The position numbers were made by a program, and so were the translations under genes. This document shows, piece after piece, positions 48,152-57,686 of a stretch of 64,000 nucleotides of DNA. A model generated the notes under the pieces. The model ran no database searches and was not told the DNA's origin. It saw only the letters and a program-made list of their open reading frames with translations. The number at the start of each line of letters is the position of its first letter. Within the stretch, counting starts at the first letter, position 1. The DNA is taken from contig JAHPZA010000010.1 in NCBI GenBank assembly GCA_019058445.1, forward strand, positions 352,001-416,000. The letters are read 5' to 3'. The stretch comes from Promethearchaeota archaeon (GTDB taxonomy: Archaea; Asgardarchaeota; Lokiarchaeia; Sigyniarchaeales; SOKP01).

Positions 48152-49780
48152 TTAACCATTAAGAGGATTTGGATTATTTATATTAAATTCTTGTAATTCA
48201 CGAAATGCCTTTTCTGTAGTTAAAGCTTCTGAAGTTAAATCAGATGCATATTTGATAAGCTTCTTATAATAACTATTAAAATTAAATAGAACTAAAAATT
48301 GGTTAAGTGTAATAAGTCTGCAATTTCTACCTTTTTGAATACTTCTAATTTCATTATTTATAAGATGGATTCTTTCCTTGGAATATTTACCATAAATAAC
48401 GATAAGCAATGGACGATCATCCCTCTGATAATTTTTATTAAGTTTTTGTAATATATGCTTGTTATTTTCAGCAACAGAAGTATAATCAATAGAAATTTCA
48501 TTCATACTTTCAAGATCTAATTGAATATCATCTAAAATCTCATAATTCATGATAATTTTTAACTTCTTATTTATTTTTATCCATGTATCAATTCTATGCA
48601 AAGAAACTGGATAATTAGAAAACTTTTCATTTTCAAATGTAACATAATTTTCTTTGAAGTGGATGAAGGAAATATCCTCTGCATAGATATGCATCAAACT
48701 TCCAATTCTTAAATGAAGGAGTTTTTCCCCCATGTAATTTTGCTTATATTCTAATATTAAATTATTGATAAAATCTTTTTCATTACTAGGAGGAGATTTA
48801 TACATCAATTTTTCAAGACGGTCTATAGTTTCAACACCAAAATTAAATTTTCCCTTTAAATAATCATAATGAGATGGAGTTATACTATTTAATTCATTTG
48901 AAAATTCAATCCTATTTGGATCATGATTAAAATGAACAATTCTAAAAAGAATTGATGCTTCTCTTAACGCGCTTAGATGAACATAAGATTCTTGCAAATA
49001 GTGCCATCGAATTAAAGCTATTGCTTCTGATTTAAATTTGATTAACTTTTCTTGTATCGGTATTTCTGTAGATTTTAATTTAATATTTAATAATTTATGT
49101 TCCATAAGAAGGTATGTTGGTAATTTAGGATGCCCTGAATCACGTTGCCCTGTCGTTATTATACTAACCTTTCCCTTTCTAGTAGAAATGTATTTAGATC
49201 TTAAAAATCCATAAAGCATAGTGGAAAATTCTCCTGAAGTAAACCCCACCTTTCCAAGAGGAATGTATCTAGAATACAAATCTTGAATGGATTCAATTAA
49301 ACGTGAAAATCCTACTTGTGAACTTTTCTTTATTTCTGAGGTTTTTACTTTATCAATTATATTCTTACATTCCAGAAAAAGAGACTTATTCTTTATCTTT
49401 TCTTTTAAATTAAAATAGATTCTCCTGTATGTACTTAATCTACCTTCCTTTCTAGAATGTGTCTTATACCATCCTTTACCCATTCCAAGAAAATCATTTA
49501 GAAATCTCTTATTAAAACTATTACCTCTCTTAATTTCTTCAAAATAATGACTTAGTAAATAACCAATTTCATTGAAAAATATTTCCTTAGTCATAGATGA
49601 TGTAATATCAGTATTATATGCTTGATATATATCTATGATTTCTCTTAGTTGTTGAAGGCTAATTCCATTTCCAAAGTATCCTTCAATTAGATGATATAAC
49701 TCACTTGTAGTTAGAGTTCCATAATATTTTTCAAAAAAATCTTGGAAAAATTCTTCGTTGGATTTATTAGTGGATTCCAT
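48152..49780 (-). CDS. Orphan protein with degenerate helical (HTH-like) repeats and putative C-terminal PD-(D/E)XK-like nuclease domain
   Basis: C-terminal IGSLMHIYAE ... FENE ... RIDTWI ... ISIDYT ... K..KNYQ...LLIVI pattern; assignment is by motif resemblance only. Confidence 0.5.
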   Translation of the reverse strand: MESTNKSNEEFFQDFFEKYYGTLTTSELYHLIEGYFGNGISLQQLREIIDIYQAYNTDITSSMTKEIFFNEIGYLLSHYFEEIKRGNSFNKRFLNDFLGMGKGWYKTHSRKEGRLSTYRRIYFNLKEKIKNKSLFLECKNIIDKVKTSEIKKSSQVGFSRLIESIQDLYSRYIPLGKVGFTSGEFSTMLYGFLRSKYISTRKGKVSIITTGQRDSGHPKLPTYLLMEHKLLNIKLKSTEIPIQEKLIKFKSEAIALIRWHYLQESYVHLSALREASILFRIVHFNHDPNRIEFSNELNSITPSHYDYLKGKFNFGVETIDRLEKLMYKSPPSNEKDFINNLILEYKQNYMGEKLLHLRIGSLMHIYAEDISFIHFKENYVTFENEKFSNYPVSLHRIDTWIKINKKLKIIMNYEILDDIQLDLESMNEISIDYTSVAENNKHILQKLNKNYQRDDRPLLIVIYGKYSKERIHLINNEIRSIQKGRNCRLITLNQFLVLFNFNSYYKKLIKYASDLTSEALTTEKAFRELQEFNINNPNPLNG

Positions 49781-49870
49781 GATAATATACTATATACTTG
49801 ATGTTTACTCTGTTTTAATTATTAAAACTATTTAGGCTATTTAAATTAAAACCCAGTAAAGAAAAATGAT

Positions 49871-49946
49871 ATAGATAAATATGTGTCCTCTTTTTTTATA
49901 AAATAAGAATCATGATTTTCCGATTTTCTCTCTTTTTCCCTTTTAT
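49871..49946. repeat. 76-bp direct repeat, copy 2
   Basis: atagataaatatgtgtcctctttttttataaaataagaatcatgattttccgattttctctctttttcccttttat. Confidence 0.95.
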
Positions 49947-50048
49947 TTGACGTGATTAATATCAAATTATTGTGATAACTAAAGAGTTTTTTATATGGGA
50001 CTATTTAAAGTTATATAAATTAATTTTATTTTTGTATTACACGAAATC

Positions 50049-51164
50049 ATGAGTATTGAAAAACTTAATAAAATACGTTCTCATGAAGCGTTTTTTGAAA
50101 ATGATATTGAGGCACTTTTTCTAATAAAGCCTCAAAATATCACATATGTGTTGGGTTTTAAAATCGAAAGTGATACATTTATCCTACTTCCAAGAGATGA
50201 TATGAATGATGGCAAGGTTATGGTGTTTGTAAACGCCCTCGAGATTGATCAAGTGAAGAAATTTATTGAACAAGATAAGGAATTTTCAAAAGTCATTAAT
50301 TTAATCCTCATTCCGGGAGGAAAACCAAAATTTGTTCAAAAAACCATCAATAAATTTGGGTTCAACAAAATAGGGTTTGAAGAGGATTTCGTTTCGGTCA
50401 AAAAATTTAGGGAATGGAAAGATAAATTAAATATTCCTAATTTTGTAGGAGCTACGAATATCATTCTTGATGCACGATTAACAAAAACTCAGGATGAAAT
50501 AGAGAGAATGCAAAAAGCTGCGAATTTGGGTGATATTGGATTTAAAGCGATTTTTGAGTCGATAAAAGAGGGAATGACCGAGGAAGAATTAGCGGCGGAG
50601 GCGGAATATGAGATGAGAAAAGCGGGATCAGAGGGAACTTCATTTGATACTATAGTAGCATCTGGAGAAAACTCTGCATTTCCTCATGCTAAAACTTCCA
50701 ATAAAAAAGTGGAGGATGGAGATATAGTTATTGTGGATATCGGGGCTCGATATAGTGGATATTGCTCAGATATGACGAGAACTTTTATTTTTGGAAAAAT
50801 TGACAAGATGAAAAAAAATTTAGTAAATTTGGTTAATCAAGGTCAGAAATACGCATTAGAGAATATAAAAGCGGATTTAAGCTGTATGGAAATGGATAAA
50901 CTTGTCAGAGATTACTTTATTGAAAATAATAAAGAGTGGGGTAAAAGATTTATCCATAGCTTAGGTCACGGAGTAGGAATTGATATTCATGAAAATCCTT
51001 ATCTTTCTCCTGTCTCTGAAGAGACATTGAAAGAGTTTATGATAGTAACCGTGGAACCCGGTTTATATATTCCCGGTTTAGGAGGCGCTCGAACTGAAGA
51101 TCAAATAGTGATCAAAAAAAATGGATATTTTTCATTAACTCATTCACAAAAGTATTATTACTAA
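50049..51164 (+). CDS. pepQ: Xaa-Pro aminopeptidase/prolidase (M24B)
   Basis: SFDTIVASG.NSAFPH, VDIGA...YCSDMTRT, HSLGHGVGIDIHE, TVEPGLY, RTED. Confidence 0.93.
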   Translation: MSIEKLNKIRSHEAFFENDIEALFLIKPQNITYVLGFKIESDTFILLPRDDMNDGKVMVFVNALEIDQVKKFIEQDKEFSKVINLILIPGGKPKFVQKTINKFGFNKIGFEEDFVSVKKFREWKDKLNIPNFVGATNIILDARLTKTQDEIERMQKAANLGDIGFKAIFESIKEGMTEEELAAEAEYEMRKAGSEGTSFDTIVASGENSAFPHAKTSNKKVEDGDIVIVDIGARYSGYCSDMTRTFIFGKIDKMKKNLVNLVNQGQKYALENIKADLSCMEMDKLVRDYFIENNKEWGKRFIHSLGHGVGIDIHENPYLSPVSEETLKEFMIVTVEPGLYIPGLGGARTEDQIVIKKNGYFSLTHSQKYYY

Positions 51165-51259
51165 GTCGCATGATCTATTTTTATCACTTTAAAAAACCTT
51201 TTTAAGGCTTAACTTTATTAATTAATAAAATAAAATTCTTCAATATTTGTGATTGAGAT

Positions 51260-51706
51260 ATGACTCTTGAAATTAAGTTAAGAAATGGCACTAAAGTAGA
51301 GTTTGATAAACAAGCCCCGAAAACTTTGTTTGAAGTTATGATTTCAGAGATTTTAATTCCTAAATACAAGGACACCGACGATTGGAACCTTGCAATTAAT
51401 GTTATTATCGAAGAGATAAATCATATCATCGGAGAGCATGAACTAGATCCAAGATTAAAAATAGCATTGTTAAGCGAAATTGAAAATCATTTGGATAAAG
51501 ATATCGAAGAATTAACTGGTGTTGCGAAAATTGAAATTCTCTTTTTAAATATGGAAGATTATGTTGAGGACATTGAAAAAATTATTACCGCAGGTTTGGA
51601 AAAGGCAGAACTCCGACATCAGATGGCGAGACTTATTCAACCATTAACACTCTTCGAGCTTGGAGAATTATTTATCTTTCTAGGGAAGAGAGCATTTTTA
51701 AAATAA
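51260..51706 (+). CDS. Hypothetical acidic helical protein
   Basis: 148-aa ORF with ATG start and host-like composition; no recognised motif. Confidence 0.7.
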   Translation: MTLEIKLRNGTKVEFDKQAPKTLFEVMISEILIPKYKDTDDWNLAINVIIEEINHIIGEHELDPRLKIALLSEIENHLDKDIEELTGVAKIEILFLNMEDYVEDIEKIITAGLEKAELRHQMARLIQPLTLFELGELFIFLGKRAFLK

Positions 51707-52000
51707 GCTTTTTCTAATAATTTTCAATTTACCTGGATGATTTATTATTGAACTTAACTGAATTTAAATAATTTTTTCAATTTTTCGTATCCTGTTTAAT
51801 ATGTCTAAAGTAAGACGCTCTCCTCCTTGTTCTATTTCATATATTCCAGTATCAAATTCGGATTGACAATACGGATTATTCATTCTTTTGTAGTTTGAAA
51901 GTGAATTTCATTTCCATTAACAATAAAAGGATTTCCTACCTTAAAACAAACAAAAGAGATGAAAAAAAAGCTTCAAGAAATTCATATGAAAAAAGCTTAA

Positions 52001-53026
52001 TTATAATTTTTCCACTTTTTCTTTTTTTCCTGATTCTGAAGACTTGTATAAAGCTTTAATTAAACACAAAACTTTAGAACTTTCTTCGACAGTATTAAAA
52101 AAAGGTATATCTTCTAGAACCCAATTAGCAAAAGCATTAACGCATTCGCTAATATCGGAATTATTTTGCACATAGTCTTTTGCACTAAAATCTTCAACAC
52201 CATACCATTTTATTGAAGAGTGTGGCCATGGTCCCTCATAATAGCAACTCCCTTTCTCTCCAAAGATATTTAATTCAACTCGATCACTTATTCTTCTTTT
52301 TAGAGGTTTAATAATCATGGAATCATTAATTTGGCCATAACTCCTATTATTAAATTCAACAATTCCAAATCCGATATCTTCGACTTCAATATCGGTGAAT
52401 TTTAGATTATCAATTCGACCCATAACAGAAATGGGTTTTCCTAAGGTCCATATCATTATGTCTATTATATGGGATCCATGAGTTAATAATGTACCACCAC
52501 CTGACGTTTTCAAATTTGATCTCCATGGTCCCTCATTAAGATATTTCTGATTACGACTGAAATAAATATTACAATTTGCATAATAAATTTTCCCTAAATG
52601 TCCCTGATTAACACCGTTGGCTAAATTATAGCAATTATAATCATATCTATATTGATAATTAAATCCAATCTTCAAATTTGAATATTTTTTATCTAATGAG
52701 TATATCTCACGAGCATTTTCGATTGAAGTTGTAACCGGTTTTTCACAAAAGACATGTTTTCCTTCCTCGAGAGCTTCTTTTATCATCGGTTTATGAAGGT
52801 GATGAGGAGTCGCAATATACACCGCATCAATATTTTCATTTTTATAGAAAGTCTTGGTATTCGTATAAGAATGTTCTTTTCCTGCGATATTATATGCTTT
52901 TTCAATAGTATGATCTACAGCTGCTACGATCTTTATAGTATTAATGTTTTCGGTCAGAGCTTTGAAATAATAGGTCATTAGACCACATCCAATAATGCCT
53001 AGATTTAATTGTTGAGTTTTAACTAT
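52001..53026 (-). CDS. Gfo/Idh/MocA family oxidoreductase; proposed ATA start
   Basis: The track start (52978) lacks the Rossmann motif. The upstream in-frame sequence (I)VKTQQLNLGIIGCGLM restores it, with GGGTGA 6 nt before ATA. YIATPHHLH, CEKP, GGGTLLTHGSH. Confidence 0.88.
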   Translation of the reverse strand: MVKTQQLNLGIIGCGLMTYYFKALTENINTIKIVAAVDHTIEKAYNIAGKEHSYTNTKTFYKNENIDAVYIATPHHLHKPMIKEALEEGKHVFCEKPVTTSIENAREIYSLDKKYSNLKIGFNYQYRYDYNCYNLANGVNQGHLGKIYYANCNIYFSRNQKYLNEGPWRSNLKTSGGGTLLTHGSHIIDIMIWTLGKPISVMGRIDNLKFTDIEVEDIGFGIVEFNNRSYGQINDSMIIKPLKRRISDRVELNIFGEKGSCYYEGPWPHSSIKWYGVEDFSAKDYVQNNSDISECVNAFANWVLEDIPFFNTVEESSKVLCLIKALYKSSESGKKEKVEKL

Positions 53027-53045
53027 GATAAATCACCCGATACTA

Positions 53046-53675
53046 TTATGCATTTAATACCCATTCAACGGAATTTCTTATAATAGACTGAAAAATTTCT
53101 TCTTTTAAAGATAAATTTCTATGACCTAAAGCGCAAAAAAAGACTTTCCCTTTTCCATATGGTTTTACCCACATAATTGGTTCAGGATCTGGATCATCTG
53201 GATCATTATAGTCTGCTTCAGCAAGTACATGAAGATCTTTGGTCATTGAAAAATCATGGCGATAAGGTTCATCTTTAAATGTAAAGTTACTTAAACCTTT
53301 TGTAATTTGATGATTAGAATCTATAATTCTGATATCAAATTTATTTTGCTCTTTATGTCCAATAAATTTTCCTCCAAGCATTTCAAAATATTTAGGATGT
53401 GATTTAAAGGATGCAGAAGCTCCATGTAATCCGATAAAACCTTTTCCACTGGAGACAAATTCAAGAACGTTATTTTCTTGCTCATCAGTGAATTCACCTT
53501 CTTGAGAGAAAAATATCATTGTAGAGTATTCAAAAAAATCTCTATTAGAGAAAATATCAACACTCTCATAACTATCAACGTCATAATTGTCCAAGATACT
53601 TTGAAATGCTTTATGATTCTTTTCCATCCCAAAATATCTTCCCCCTTGAAATAACAGAATTTTTTTCCTAATCAT
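53046..53675 (-). CDS. ThuA-domain protein (class I GAT-like fold)
   Basis: GKGFIGLHGA, LGGKFIGH, H.IT.GL, DEPY, YGKGKVFFCALGH. Confidence 0.9.
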   Translation of the reverse strand: MIRKKILLFQGGRYFGMEKNHKAFQSILDNYDVDSYESVDIFSNRDFFEYSTMIFFSQEGEFTDEQENNVLEFVSSGKGFIGLHGASASFKSHPKYFEMLGGKFIGHKEQNKFDIRIIDSNHQITKGLSNFTFKDEPYRHDFSMTKDLHVLAEADYNDPDDPDPEPIMWVKPYGKGKVFFCALGHRNLSLKEEIFQSIIRNSVEWVLNA

Positions 53676-53725
53676 TGATTGAGAAAATGAAAATTGCTTT
53701 AATATTTATTTTATATTATTATATA

Positions 53726-55090
53726 ATGAATGCTAACCCATCCGACAAAAAATTTGAGCCTTTTACCTATAAGTCTTTAGAAGTTCTTAGAGAAAAATTT
53801 GAGGAGTTAGGTTTAGATATTCCAGTTAGTCAAGATATCGAAGTGCTCCAAAACAACATAGAAACTAAGAAGATTTTAATACCAAATCGATTATCAATAC
53901 AACCAATGGAAGGTTTTGATGCTCATGATGATGGGAGTCCCGGAGAACTAACATTAAGAAGATATACACGATATGCAGATGGAGGAGCTGGTTTAATATG
54001 GATCGAGGCAACTTCAATTGCGAAGGATTGCCGGTCAAATCCACATCAATTAATGCTCACTGAACAAAATCTTGAAAAATTTAGAGATTTTGTTTCAGTA
54101 ATTAGAGCACGATGCAATGAAACCCTAAAATCCTTAGGATTTAAGGACAAATGTGTTCTATTAATACAATTAAACCATTCAGGGAGATATTCAAAACTTG
54201 GTTTAGAAAAATTTCCAATTAGAACCTATCATAATGTCGATTTGGATACTGCGATAGGAGTGTCTAAAAAAAATGGAATGATAATTTCTGATGATGAATT
54301 ACAAGAACTTGAAAATATATGGGTTAGCAAAGCAATTTTAGCGAAAGAAGCTGGATTCGACGGAGTTGATATAAAAGCATGTCATGGATATATTATAAGC
54401 GAATTATTGGATGCGAGAAACCGGAAAAACTCAATATATGGAGGCCCCTCATTAGAAAATAGAGCACGATTTTTCCTAAATATAATTAAGAGGTTAAAAT
54501 CCAAACTAGATGATTTCATTTTAACAAGTCGCTTAGGGATATATAATGGAATTCCTTATCCAAATGGATTCGGCGTAAGAGAAGTTGAAAATCAAAATTT
54601 TCCTGCTGAAGCTGACCTTAAAGAGCCAATTCAGTTAATTAATCAATTACACAAACTAGGGATATCACTTATTAATATATCAGTCGGAAATCCTCATTAT
54701 ACCCCACATCTTACTAGACCTTTTGATACTCCCTTAAAAGGAGCTAAATTACCAGAGGAACATCCCTTGTTTAGTTTATATCGTATTCTTTATTTAACCT
54801 CTCTTATAAAACATCAAATTCCTAAAGGTATGATTATGATTGGTTCTGGATATTCCTATCTACGTCAATTTGCGGGATATATTGCAGCTGGTCTGGTAAA
54901 AAATAATATGGTTGATATATGTGGATTTGGCAGGATGGCTATTGCGAATCCCAACTTTCCACGACAAATTTTTCAAAATGGAGTGATTGATAAAAATCAA
55001 GTATGTATTGCTTGCTCTCAATGTTCTGGATTTATGAGACAAGGTATAAAAACGGGTTGTGCTATTCGGGACCCCCTATATAAGAATTAA
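53726..55090 (+). CDS. NADH:flavin oxidoreductase (Old Yellow Enzyme family) with C-terminal Fe-S Cys motif
   Basis: NRLSIQPMEG, GGAGLIWIEA, QLNHSGR, GFDGVDIKACHGY, YGG.SLENR, CIACSQC. Start moved to ATG 53726. Confidence 0.9.
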   Translation: MNANPSDKKFEPFTYKSLEVLREKFEELGLDIPVSQDIEVLQNNIETKKILIPNRLSIQPMEGFDAHDDGSPGELTLRRYTRYADGGAGLIWIEATSIAKDCRSNPHQLMLTEQNLEKFRDFVSVIRARCNETLKSLGFKDKCVLLIQLNHSGRYSKLGLEKFPIRTYHNVDLDTAIGVSKKNGMIISDDELQELENIWVSKAILAKEAGFDGVDIKACHGYIISELLDARNRKNSIYGGPSLENRARFFLNIIKRLKSKLDDFILTSRLGIYNGIPYPNGFGVREVENQNFPAEADLKEPIQLINQLHKLGISLINISVGNPHYTPHLTRPFDTPLKGAKLPEEHPLFSLYRILYLTSLIKHQIPKGMIMIGSGYSYLRQFAGYIAAGLVKNNMVDICGFGRMAIANPNFPRQIFQNGVIDKNQVCIACSQCSGFMRQGIKTGCAIRDPLYKN

Positions 55091-55092
55091 TT

Positions 55093-57117
55093 TTATTGAA
55101 AAATTGAACCATTAGTGAAATCTTTCCAGATATTTTCGAACCAACCAAACTCATTTGGAATGTCTCTTACTTTTTCCCATTCGAATTTAATTATTCCTGC
55201 TTGAGATTGGATTGTCTGAATTTCGCCTTTAAGAATATTATCACTCATTATAAACTTGAATTGTATCAAATCTCCAGGAGGAATAACATATCTCTCATTA
55301 AATGATTCATTAAGTTTATCTCTAATAATTAGATATGAACCCCGACTTTTCCCATTAGATTCATGAAAGTTTAAAATGGATTCCAAGATGTATTGTTGAG
55401 TAAGGAGCGCATCTCGTATTCGTAAATATTCAATAATCTCATTATTATTTTGTAAAATTAGTAGTGTGTTAAGATTGTATATCTGTTTAATTACATTCTT
55501 TCCCTCCTCGAATAGATCTTTTACGGGTCTAATAATACCTCCAAATTTTGACATTCGATCTTGGATTGTTTCCCAAAATTGAGGAGGAGCCATTTGATCT
55601 ATATTCATAAGTGATTTTTTGAATAGAACAGAGTTAATATTCTTGATAATTAAGCTTAATTCAGGGGCAATAAGTTGTAGAAATTCATCTCTGTTCAGAG
55701 ATTCCATTTTCATGTACACGTTTCCAATTTTCTGTGCTGCTCTTAAACCTCCCACTTGACCAGAATTTAAAGCAGAACCTCCAGGTCTATAAATCCCGTG
55801 ACTTCCATTTGTTTCTCCAATGGCAAAGAGATGTTTAATATTTGTTTCCCACCAAATGTCTCCTGAAATTCCACCATTTAAGTGTTGATTACAAACAGCT
55901 ATTTGTAAATATTCCTTGGAGATATCAATCCCATTTTCGATATATAATTGTATTGCTTTTGGATTTAACAGTTTAAGTCTATCGAGCGGTGTGCTGGCCA
56001 GAGCATTTGAATTACTTAAATATTCTATAGTGATAGGATCTAACATGGTTTCTTCATAGTTCACAGGATTTTGAGTAAAATCAAGGTATACTTTATTATC
56101 TAAAATTTCCGTCTCATAATAAACAGCAAGATCAATAAGAGAAGAACCAAAATTTTCAATTCTTTCGGCATTAAATGGCCATTGATATCCTTTTAAAAAA
56201 ATAGCTTTAGAAAGTTGATGAAATGAAGGAAAATATTTTTCAAGGAATTCTATTTCATTTCCATTTTTATCTATGGAAACATATCTAGGTATTACCTGCT
56301 GATAAGAGCCAGAGACATTCCATCTAAATTTTATTGAGGCTAATCCAAATTGGGATTCAGTTAAATTTTGAAGCTTACATCCCGCTTTAATAGCAAGACC
56401 TAAGCTTCCTCTCTGAGATTCTGGGTAAACTGAATGTTTATATAAAGCTGCAGGACCTCCTGTTGCCATGATAATATTCCTAGCTTTAAAAATTTTAATG
56501 GAATTAATAATATTTTCCAAGTTCTTTTCTGATGCTAATTCATCTGTTTTAATACATATAACACCAATTGCTTCGCTTCTCTTTTTGGTATTATCAACCA
56601 ATATATTTAACGCGTAATGGTTATCAAATATTACAATATCTTTTTTTTGAACTTCTTTTAATAAGCATTTACCCATCTTTTGAGAGGTAAATGGGCCAAT
56701 AGAGGTTGCACGTTGTTTTGGGTCATTATCCGTTTTATATCCAACAAATCCACCAAATTGATCATGAGGAAATGGCACTCCTAGTTGCACTAAATGAAAG
56801 AACTCTCTAATTGAATTCGTAGCCTCAATTAAGGCAATGTCACCATGCATCGCACCTCTTGCACATAAATCATTAGCCATTTCAACCGGAGAGTCCAATT
56901 GGTCTCCAATTAAAGACACTTTGTAATAAGTTTGCTTGTCAGAGCCACTATTAAACGAAGTACCTCCTCCTAATTTCTCAGTGATTATCGCAATTTTTGA
57001 ATGATCTATCCCCTCATCTACTAAATGAATTGCGCAATTAAGACCCGCAGCACCAGAGCCAATTATTATTGTATTGAATTCTTTAATTTCAAAATCTTCG
57101 ATATTAATATCTGTCAT
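55093..57117 (-). CDS. FAD-dependent oxidoreductase, SdhA/FrdA/NadB-like family
   Basis: IIGSGAAG, SFNSGSDKQTYYK, ATGG, QHLNGG, AIGE..GSHG..RPGGSALN. Confidence 0.85.
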   Translation of the reverse strand: MTDINIEDFEIKEFNTIIIGSGAAGLNCAIHLVDEGIDHSKIAIITEKLGGGTSFNSGSDKQTYYKVSLIGDQLDSPVEMANDLCARGAMHGDIALIEATNSIREFFHLVQLGVPFPHDQFGGFVGYKTDNDPKQRATSIGPFTSQKMGKCLLKEVQKKDIVIFDNHYALNILVDNTKKRSEAIGVICIKTDELASEKNLENIINSIKIFKARNIIMATGGPAALYKHSVYPESQRGSLGLAIKAGCKLQNLTESQFGLASIKFRWNVSGSYQQVIPRYVSIDKNGNEIEFLEKYFPSFHQLSKAIFLKGYQWPFNAERIENFGSSLIDLAVYYETEILDNKVYLDFTQNPVNYEETMLDPITIEYLSNSNALASTPLDRLKLLNPKAIQLYIENGIDISKEYLQIAVCNQHLNGGISGDIWWETNIKHLFAIGETNGSHGIYRPGGSALNSGQVGGLRAAQKIGNVYMKMESLNRDEFLQLIAPELSLIIKNINSVLFKKSLMNIDQMAPPQFWETIQDRMSKFGGIIRPVKDLFEEGKNVIKQIYNLNTLLILQNNNEIIEYLRIRDALLTQQYILESILNFHESNGKSRGSYLIIRDKLNESFNERYVIPPGDLIQFKFIMSDNILKGEIQTIQSQAGIIKFEWEKVRDIPNEFGWFENIWKDFTNGSIFQ

Positions 57118-57178
57118 ACTTAATTATAATGTAAGGTATAAGTATCATATAAAAAACTGATTATTATCTGTTGTCAAA

Positions 57179-57673
57179 ATGAATAAGATGTATAAATGGA
57201 AAATAAAAGATACATTTATTATTGATTTTTTTTTTATTATATCCTTTATTGGGATTATAATTTTACTTGGTATTATATCAATATTCTATTTAATAATTTT
57301 TACTTTGTTTTATATTCTAATGAATTTATTATTAGCAATTATTTGTCATGATTGTCCTCATCAAGGGCATTTCTGTCCTGGAATCAGTCAACTACTATTT
57401 GGTGCTCTACTCTCAAAAAAGCTTATTAAAAAAGAAAAGATAAGCCGAAAAATGATAAGAATTACTTTGATATTTTATGCGATAATAGGAATGGGTACCT
57501 TTATTGTTGCCTTTCTTGTGATAATTATTTTACTATGGTCATCTTTATTTTGGATTACATTAATTCCTCCCATCTGCTACATTATATATAGCATAATAGC
57601 ATGGCCAATTTTATGTCCAAAATGTAACAATAAAGATAATTGCCCAGTAAAAAATTTTAAAGAGTATTTCTAA
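57179..57673 (+). CDS. Four-TM membrane protein with two Cys-rich motifs
   Basis: TM pairs each followed by CHDCPH..HFCP and CPKC....NCP. Confidence 0.7.
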   Translation: MNKMYKWKIKDTFIIDFFFIISFIGIIILLGIISIFYLIIFTLFYILMNLLLAIICHDCPHQGHFCPGISQLLFGALLSKKLIKKEKISRKMIRITLIFYAIIGMGTFIVAFLVIIILLWSSLFWITLIPPICYIIYSIIAWPILCPKCNNKDNCPVKNFKEYF

Positions 57674-57686
57674 GCCCTGATAGAAA

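Noticed and set aside
48063-49946. Direct repeats read as a CRISPR array or integron attC sites
   Set aside because: Only two copies 1.8 kb apart, no cas or intI gene, and no RYYYAAC...GTTRRRY boxes found.
49960-49977. TATCA-n8-TGATA palindrome as a TrmB-type operator or recombination site
   Set aside because: Single occurrence, spacing differs from the Thermococcales TGM motif, and such palindromes are expected by chance at this AT content.
51764-51883. 39-codon minus-strand ORF MNNPYCQSEFDTGIYEIEQGGERLTLDILNRIRKIEKII
   Set aside because: Too short, with no motif or clear RBS; may be a remnant but cannot be supported.
53675-53725. Track N-terminal extension of the OYE gene (MIEKMKIALIFILYYYI) as a signal peptide
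   Set aside because: It overlaps the ThuA start and is the AT-rich divergent promoter; ATG 53726 is the more plausible start.
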